The notes beneath the pieces are model-generated. The model worked only from the letters and a program-made list of their open reading frames with translations, made no database searches and was not told the DNA's origin. Positions 59,236-64,000 of a stretch of DNA of 64,000 nucleotides are shown here, one piece after another (within the stretch, counting starts at the first letter, position 1; each line of letters begins with the position of its first letter). Source of the stretch: an uncultured Planctomycetaceae bacterium. GTDB taxonomy: Bacteria; Planctomycetota; Planctomycetia; Planctomycetales; Planctomycetaceae. Location: positions 7,978 through 71,977 of the forward strand of contig CAXAWH010000007.1 in NCBI GenBank assembly GCA_963972485.1, written 5' to 3'. Both the position numbers and the translations under genes were made by a program.

Positions 59236-59330
59236 GTCAGGGAATGCCGTTGGGAGTACATGGTCTTAACCGGTTCAACTCCGGTCCGCTTTGCGGAAAC
59301 TCTCAGCAACACTTGTCCCTGGCTTTTTTT
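59236..59330 (+). ncRNA. Candidate Y-RNA-like structured RNA 1 (T-arm-like hairpin, end-to-end closing stem, U7 tail)
   Basis: Closing stem GTCAGGGA (59236-43) / TCCCTGGC (59316-23) followed by TTTTTTT. Second stem TGGGAGT (59251-57) / ACTCTCA (59299-305). T-arm-like ACCGG-TTCAACT-CCGGT, then hairpin TCCGC-TTT-GCGGA. Shares sequence blocks with RNA 2. Confidence 0.45.
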
Positions 59331-59340
59331 GATGGAGACA

Positions 59341-59520
59341 CCCACCGTCACGAATGCGGATGGAACTACAAGACTTTAGATCTCGAGGTCGTGAGTTCGA
59401 ATCTCACCGGCTCCCATCGTTTTGCAATTGCAGAACAATTTTGATGGAGCCGTAGCTCAGTCTGGTAGAGCGCGTTTACGTTTCGTCAATTCTTGTTGTG
59501 ACGGTGGGCTTTTCTATTTT
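59341..59520 (+). ncRNA. YrlA-type bacterial Y RNA candidate with circularly permuted tRNA mimic
   Basis: 11-bp closing stem CCCACCGTCAC (59341-51) / GTGACGGTGGG (59499-509), followed by a CTTTTCTATTTTT tail.
Inside, in order: variable-loop/T-arm GAGGTC-GTGAG-TTCGAAT-CTCAC (59385-407); acceptor 3' strand CGGCTCC (59408-14); capping hairpin (59419-36); acceptor 5' strand GGAGCCG (59446-52); D-arm TA-GCTC-AGTCTGGTA-GAGC (59453-71).
It lies directly downstream of rsr on the same strand. Confidence 0.7.
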
Positions 59521-59525
59521 TCGTT

Positions 59526-60479
59526 TTAACGACGCCCTTCTCTTTCCACCCACTTGTAAGCTTTTTTTGCATTCAGAGAACAGAATTTCTTTGTCGCTTC
59601 CTTCCCCTTCTCGGTGGCATACTCCATCACAATTCTTTGGAGAGTTTCATAATCGGCGGCTCTCTCTGAGACGGGCCAGTTACTCCCGTAGATGACGTGA
59701 TCATTTCCAAAAGCATTCCAGACGACATCAATATAAGGTCGATAAAATTCCAGCGACTCGGAAGGCTTATTTCCATCCCGAGCCGCTCCTTCGACCAGTG
59801 CCGATACTTTGCAATATACATTTGGATGCTTCGCGGCGGATTGAATTCCAGATTGCCAATCTGAAGGGGGAGCCTCTGTAGTGATTTTGACATTGCCAAT
59901 ATGATTCAAGACAATCCGCAGGTTTGGGACTTTTTCAGCCAGATCAGCAATCACCTGTGGTGTTTCCGGGCCACCATTCACATCGAGAGACAAGTCGAGA
60001 TCAGCCAGTAACTGAAAATCTTTCAGAGTCCCCTGCTCCAGCATCGCTTTCACCTGCTTGACGGAAACCCGGATACCACGGAAGAGGGGATTCTTTGCCA
60101 GTTCACTTACATGCTGCGCAAATTCAGGAGTCCCCGGATCCAAACGTCCAACAATACCCACGATAAAGGGATCGTCCTTGGCCAGATCGAGCAGCCAGGT
60201 GTTATCTTCCAGTCGATTGACCGCTTCAACAATGACGGTGCCCGTGACTGGTTGAAACTTCTTCAACTCTCTGAGGTGTTGAGGTAGCACCGTTCGATAA
60301 AGCGATGAATTCTCTGGCGGCCAGGGGATTCCTTCAGGTCGGGTTGGATCATAAAAATGCGTGTGGCAATCAATGATGTCGATTCCCGTCTGCTTATCTT
60401 CTGCTCTGATGAAATCAGCTGAAATGAAAAGCATTCCCGTGAAGATACAGACAATCCAGTGTCGGTGAGTTTCTTTCAT
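59526..60479 (-). CDS. Secreted amidohydrolase-2 family (TIM-barrel metal-dependent hydrolase) protein
   Basis: Signal peptide. Metal motif IIDCHTHFYD. Later NHIGN and YGSNWP blocks. Confidence 0.7.
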   Translation of the reverse strand: MKETHRHWIVCIFTGMLFISADFIRAEDKQTGIDIIDCHTHFYDPTRPEGIPWPPENSSLYRTVLPQHLRELKKFQPVTGTVIVEAVNRLEDNTWLLDLAKDDPFIVGIVGRLDPGTPEFAQHVSELAKNPLFRGIRVSVKQVKAMLEQGTLKDFQLLADLDLSLDVNGGPETPQVIADLAEKVPNLRIVLNHIGNVKITTEAPPSDWQSGIQSAAKHPNVYCKVSALVEGAARDGNKPSESLEFYRPYIDVVWNAFGNDHVIYGSNWPVSERAADYETLQRIVMEYATEKGKEATKKFCSLNAKKAYKWVEREGRR

Positions 60480-60645
60480 CTTGTTCGATTTTTCTGAGAG
60501 TGAGCGGAAATGAGAGATGGTATACCGCTAGTGGACAGGTCGTAATGACTGCAATTTAACCAGCTGTTGTGTGAACTGCAAATCATTAAACCAGAGCAAT
60601 GTGTCCTGACTTGTTCACATTCGTCTGAGTAACAGGTTAAGCAGG

Positions 60646-61089
60646 TTACTCATCTTGCTCAAATTCAGATATCGCAGAGTGCAGATCTTTCACTTGTGGA
60701 ATGAATCGATTGATTCCCTGATTTTGCATATGAAGCTGAATCCATTCACATGCTCCTGAGATCACGACTCTGCCCTCCAGATCGACAAAAACAAGTCCTA
60801 TCGCAATCAAATCTTCCAAATCCGTTACTGAGGCTTGCGGAGCATCGGTGAGGTCGAAAATAATTCGATACGGAGGTAATAGGCTTTCGACTGTTCTGAA
60901 AAAGTAAGGCAGTATGGGGGCACACTCCTCATCAGCTGCATCTTGAGATGAAATCTTGAACACATGGATCTTCATTAAGCCAGGTGTCATATGTTCAATA
61001 TGACTACAAACACTCAAGGTTGATTGGTTTGATTTTTTATCAGCATTAAATAAATTGACTCTCATTATCATATCTGTATGCCCGTGCAA
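60646..61089 (-). CDS. Hypothetical protein, possibly STAS-like; start uncertain
   Basis: The C-terminal 110 aa have a STAS-like pattern (IIFDLTD...ISGA...). More plausible starts are ATG at 60990 or 60975 (MKIHVFKISS). Confidence 0.35.
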   Translation of the reverse strand: MHGHTDMIMRVNLFNADKKSNQSTLSVCSHIEHMTPGLMKIHVFKISSQDAADEECAPILPYFFRTVESLLPPYRIIFDLTDAPQASVTDLEDLIAIGLVFVDLEGRVVISGACEWIQLHMQNQGINRFIPQVKDLHSAISEFEQDE

Positions 61090-61486
61090 TAATTGGACTA
61101 AGTTTATGAGTTCGCGCTGCCGATACGTGCCTATATGAGCACCTTCAAGATGTGTATGCCCGTGTAGTAACGCTTTAGTTCTCTCTCGATTGTGGACGTA
61201 TTGACATATAAGATGGATTGAATCTGAAATAAATTCGCTTCAGAACATTACGGCTTGAAACCTTTAGTGCTGCCAGATGGGTATCAAGTATATTCTTCAA
61301 AGAATAAGGCGAACGAATTCTAATTGTGTGACGTCATATATTCAGAAATTGAATAAATATTGCAAAATCACATGTTGATTCGCTGCAAACATGGAGTTAT
61401 TTACAGATAGTGCTCAAATTTATTCAGGTGGATCATTCTTCCATTGAATACTTTTCATTCTCTCCCATCTTGGTCATGTTTCATAA

Positions 61487-62092
61487 ATGTCATCTTCCTC
61501 CCGGAATGAAAATTGTACTTGGTCTGAATTGCTGGAATTTGCTCGAGCAGGTAATGATGCTGCATTCATGCAGCTGTGCGAACGATTCCGAGATTATCTG
61601 ACAACAATTGCTCAATCCGAATTAAGGCAGGAATTGCAGTCCAAAGTGGGGACCTCGGATTTGATCCAGGAATCGATGCTCGAAGCCTGGTCAGAAATGC
61701 ACTGTTTTCGCGGATCGAGCGAAGGAGAGTTTCGCCTGTGGATTGCTCGCCTTTTTCGCCACAATCTGATTGATCAAGCCAGGAAATATCGCAAAACCCA
61801 ATCGCGGAATCTCTCTCTGGAAATCAGGATTGACCAGCACCATCACCAAAACAGTCTGGAAAGCAATGAACTGAGTGGTAGCAGGATCATGCTTCTTCGG
61901 GAGAATGACGAGATGCTGCTACGAGCCGTTAATCAACTTCCTGAAAAACAGAAATCGGTGATTCTGTTGAAACATGAAAATGGATTAAGCTATGAGGAAA
62001 TTGCGGAGCAGATGAACGTAAAAGAGGCTGCGATACGTAAGATCTGGTCGCGAGCCATTCAAACCCTGCGCAGTGAGATTGGAGGAGATTAG
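61487..62092 (+). CDS. ECF-type RNA polymerase sigma-70 family factor
   Basis: Region 2 (DLIQESMLEAW...FRLWIARLFRHNLID) and region 4 HTH (LSYEEIAEQMNVKEAAIRKIWSRA). Confidence 0.85.
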   Translation: MSSSSRNENCTWSELLEFARAGNDAAFMQLCERFRDYLTTIAQSELRQELQSKVGTSDLIQESMLEAWSEMHCFRGSSEGEFRLWIARLFRHNLIDQARKYRKTQSRNLSLEIRIDQHHHQNSLESNELSGSRIMLLRENDEMLLRAVNQLPEKQKSVILLKHENGLSYEEIAEQMNVKEAAIRKIWSRAIQTLRSEIGGD

Positions 62093-62095
62093 TCG

Positions 62096-63580
62096 GTGTC
62101 AGACCAACCTCCCCTTCCCGAAGATCGTGACTCCTCACTCGACTCAGGAAAAATCCCTTCCGTCGAAGAAATTGCCACACGCCTTGACAGGCTGCTGGCA
62201 AATCCCCATGTCAATAAATCCAAAGACTTCCATCTTACGGACAAAGATTTTCAACAGCGGTATCAGATTCTGAATGAAGTCGGTCGTGGAGCATTTGGGG
62301 TTGTCTATCGAGCGCTTGATGCTCAGTTAAATCGATATGTGGCTTTGAAAATACCTCGCCCGGAAGTCATTGTCGATCGGGAAAAACTTCGTCGCTTTGA
62401 AACTGAAGCGGGCACTGCTGCTAAACTCGATCACCCTTGTATTGTCCCTGTCTACGAAGCAAATTTAAGGGCGTCTCCTCCGTTTATTGCCTCTGCATTT
62501 TGCAAGGGGCCCGATTTGGGGCATTGGCTGGAACAGCGCCAGAAGCCAGTTGATAGTACTGAAGCGGCCGAGTTTATCTCACAAATCGCAGAAGCAGTGC
62601 AGTATATTCATGACCAGGGTGTTCTGCACCGCGATCTGAAACCTGGCAATATTATGCTCGAACCAAAACAAGAAAACTCTCAAATCGAGTCACTTTCGCA
62701 GTGTGTGCCTCGTTTGACTGATTTCGGGTTGAGTAGACTCATTGAACAAAGCTTGCATTTCACGCGATCGAGTCTGATGATCGGCACTCCTCAATACATG
62801 GCTCCTGAACTGTTAGCGGTCAAATCCGAACCCTACACCAAAGCCAGTGAAGTCTATTCATTGGGTGTTTTACTCTATGAATTACTCACACTGCATCCTC
62901 CCAGTGAAGGCGGGAATTATCTCGAGGTAATTGATCGAGTGCGCTCTCAGGAACCTGTCCGTCCCAGTACCTTCAATAAGTCTATTTCATCTGATTTGGA
63001 ACTCATCTGCCTGAAGAGTCTCTCGCGGCACCCTGAAGATCGCTATGACTCTGCAGTGGAACTTCACCAGGATTTGCAGCGATTTCTTGCAGATAAGCCG
63101 ATCCACGCCAGAGCAACCTCTCAACTGGTTCATATGAGTCGGTGGAGTCGTAAAGCAGATCGTATTCGGCAGGCTGGCCTGTATGCGTTTTGTTTCCAAG
63201 GTTTGATCATTATCTGGCTATATACGCTGCTAATAATGGGCTTGTACCTTAACGAGTTCAATCGTGCAGAAACTCTTAACGCAAATGCAAATGACATAAT
63301 CATGGTCACACTCGGCTTTCACGCCCCGTTGACGGTTGGAGGATGGTTAACGATGCAAAAAAAACGCTGGTCTTTCTGGCCAACGCTAGCAGGATCCTAT
63401 GGTCTTTTGGGGGTGCTCATTTATTCCGTCGTATACCCTTCAGTTGCATTTGAATATAACTACAATAGTTTTTCGGCAAAAATGGGTGTGTTCATGGGCC
63501 TCATCATGGGCTGTGGCATTCAGTCAATTTTGTACACACTGGCAATCCCTGCCTGGAAAAAGCTTTACCGGAATGATTAA
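62096..63580 (+). CDS. Ser/Thr protein kinase with C-terminal four-TM domain
   Basis: GTG start 3 nt after the sigma-factor stop. Kinase motifs GRGAFGVVY, VALKIPR, HRDLKPGNIML, DFGLS and GTPQYMAPE. Four C-terminal hydrophobic helices. Confidence 0.88.
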   Translation: MSDQPPLPEDRDSSLDSGKIPSVEEIATRLDRLLANPHVNKSKDFHLTDKDFQQRYQILNEVGRGAFGVVYRALDAQLNRYVALKIPRPEVIVDREKLRRFETEAGTAAKLDHPCIVPVYEANLRASPPFIASAFCKGPDLGHWLEQRQKPVDSTEAAEFISQIAEAVQYIHDQGVLHRDLKPGNIMLEPKQENSQIESLSQCVPRLTDFGLSRLIEQSLHFTRSSLMIGTPQYMAPELLAVKSEPYTKASEVYSLGVLLYELLTLHPPSEGGNYLEVIDRVRSQEPVRPSTFNKSISSDLELICLKSLSRHPEDRYDSAVELHQDLQRFLADKPIHARATSQLVHMSRWSRKADRIRQAGLYAFCFQGLIIIWLYTLLIMGLYLNEFNRAETLNANANDIIMVTLGFHAPLTVGGWLTMQKKRWSFWPTLAGSYGLLGVLIYSVVYPSVAFEYNYNSFSAKMGVFMGLIMGCGIQSILYTLAIPAWKKLYRND

Positions 63581-63661
63581 TAGCACATTCGGATAACGGT
63601 GGGGCTGACAGGGATTTTCTCCTCTGTATACAAATGACAGTTACTCTTGTGAATTCGAAAG

Positions 63662-63680
63662 CCATTTGAAAATGGTCTAA
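63662..63680. repeat. 19-nt motif CCATTTGAAAATGGTCTAA, copy 2 of 2
   Basis: Identical to 19663-19681. It lies about 20 nt beyond the stop of the DUF542-like gene. Confidence 0.6.
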
Positions 63681-63702
63681 ATATGCCCCATAATGACTCC
63701 AG

Positions 63703-63897
63703 TTAACATGTCGACTTGATTGCATCCACCAGTTTTGACAATACAAACTGCTTATCCAAATCTTGGAGAAGACACAGATATTCCAGAGATTTGCCACCAC
63801 AGGAAGAGTCGAATCCCAACTCTTTAAAGATCGGAATCGTTTCCGGGTGATCGATAATCCAATCTGGAACCGAGGATTCCAGAGAACAATCCGTCAT
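63703..63897 (-). CDS. DUF542 (ScdA N-terminal domain)-like small protein
   Basis: 64 aa. IPIFKELGFDSSCGGKSLEYLC resembles the ScdA/YtfE N-terminal pattern (F...G.D.CCGG..L..AC). Confidence 0.45.
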   Translation of the reverse strand: MTDCSLESSVPDWIIDHPETIPIFKELGFDSSCGGKSLEYLCLLQDLDKQFVLSKLVDAIKSTC

Positions 63898-63911
63898 TTC
63901 CTACCTCAAAA

Positions 63912-64000
63912 TTATTGTGCCTGACTCTTCGAGACATGCTCTTCAATAAAGCGAACGACACGTTCGGGATCTGGATGCGTGAAGTGATGGCCATTCGACT
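63912..64000 (-). CDS. 3' end of a gene running off the window (alpha/beta-hydrolase-like C-terminus)
   Basis: The minus-strand frame reads ...SNGHHFTHPDPERVVRFIEEHVSKSQAQ*, with stop TAA at 63912-63914. The GHxF...PE...FI pattern is typical of hydrolase C-termini. Confidence 0.35.
   Translation of the reverse strand, partial: SNGHHFTHPDPERVVRFIEEHVSKSQAQ

Noticed and set aside
59176-59444. ORFs 59176..59379 and 59244..59444 (+) as protein-coding genes
   Set aside because: They run across the tandem repeat and the structured RNAs. They have no RBS, and their composition is odd.
59385-59475. A conventional tRNA gene, since canonical T-arm, acceptor and D-arm sequences are present
   Set aside because: The 3' half (T-arm plus acceptor 3' strand) precedes the 5' half (acceptor 5' strand plus D-arm). 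No anticodon arm follows the D-arm and no T-arm follows it either. The pieces only make sense as a permuted tRNA mimic inside a larger RNA.
1-64000. Mobile elements, prophage, defence islands (restriction-modification, toxin-antitoxin, CRISPR-Cas, retron-like) and rRNA
   Set aside because: No integrase, transposase, reverse transcriptase, nuclease-helicase defence gene, terminal inverted repeat pair or rRNA-like sequence was recognised anywhere in the window.

Overview
Gene-dense chromosomal window with about 57 supportable protein-coding genes on both strands. The gene content looks Planctomycetota-like. This is an inference from a Tat-signal Gfo/Idh/MocA oxidoreductase, a roughly 1080-aa CxxCH heme-binding dehydrogenase-type protein, an ECF sigma factor followed directly by a Ser/Thr kinase, an FHA-GAF-PP2C phosphatase and orphan TadE/TadG genes. 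I saw no rRNA, canonical tRNA, CRISPR array, transposase or integrase.

Main blocks, in order:
- 202-6835: hybrid histidine kinase plus NtrC-type sigma-54 activator, next to small stress-type genes that carry a sigma-54-like promoter.
- 7021-18725: housekeeping and miscellaneous genes, including gatA, an ABC ATPase and an oxidoreductase.
- 18736-26239: six-gene minus-strand operon encoding Fn3 membrane protein, Na+/solute symporter, atypical ATCase-fold transcarbamylase, AsnB-type amidotransferase, M20 carbamoylase-type amidase and isochorismatase-type hydrolase.
- 33704-38493: CsbD/DUF883/holin-X stress cluster flanked by two AI-2E transporter paralogs.
- 38722-41328: ATP-grasp plus M20 peptidase pair.
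- 49495-52872: TadE-TadE-TadG(vWA) trio.
- 57268-59520: TROVE/vWA Ro60 orthologue (rsr) followed by about 680 nt with no credible coding sequence.

The most interesting signal lies in that last non-coding stretch. It holds a strong hairpin, a perfectly identical 40-nt tandem repeat built around a 17-nt palindrome, and two tandem structured RNAs that each end in a U-tract. The second RNA contains a circularly permuted tRNA mimic, in the order T-arm, acceptor 3' strand, capping hairpin, acceptor 5' strand, D-arm. That is the hallmark of YrlA-type bacterial Y RNAs. A linear tRNA or ORF scan would miss all of it.

All product calls come from motif recognition by eye. No database search was run.
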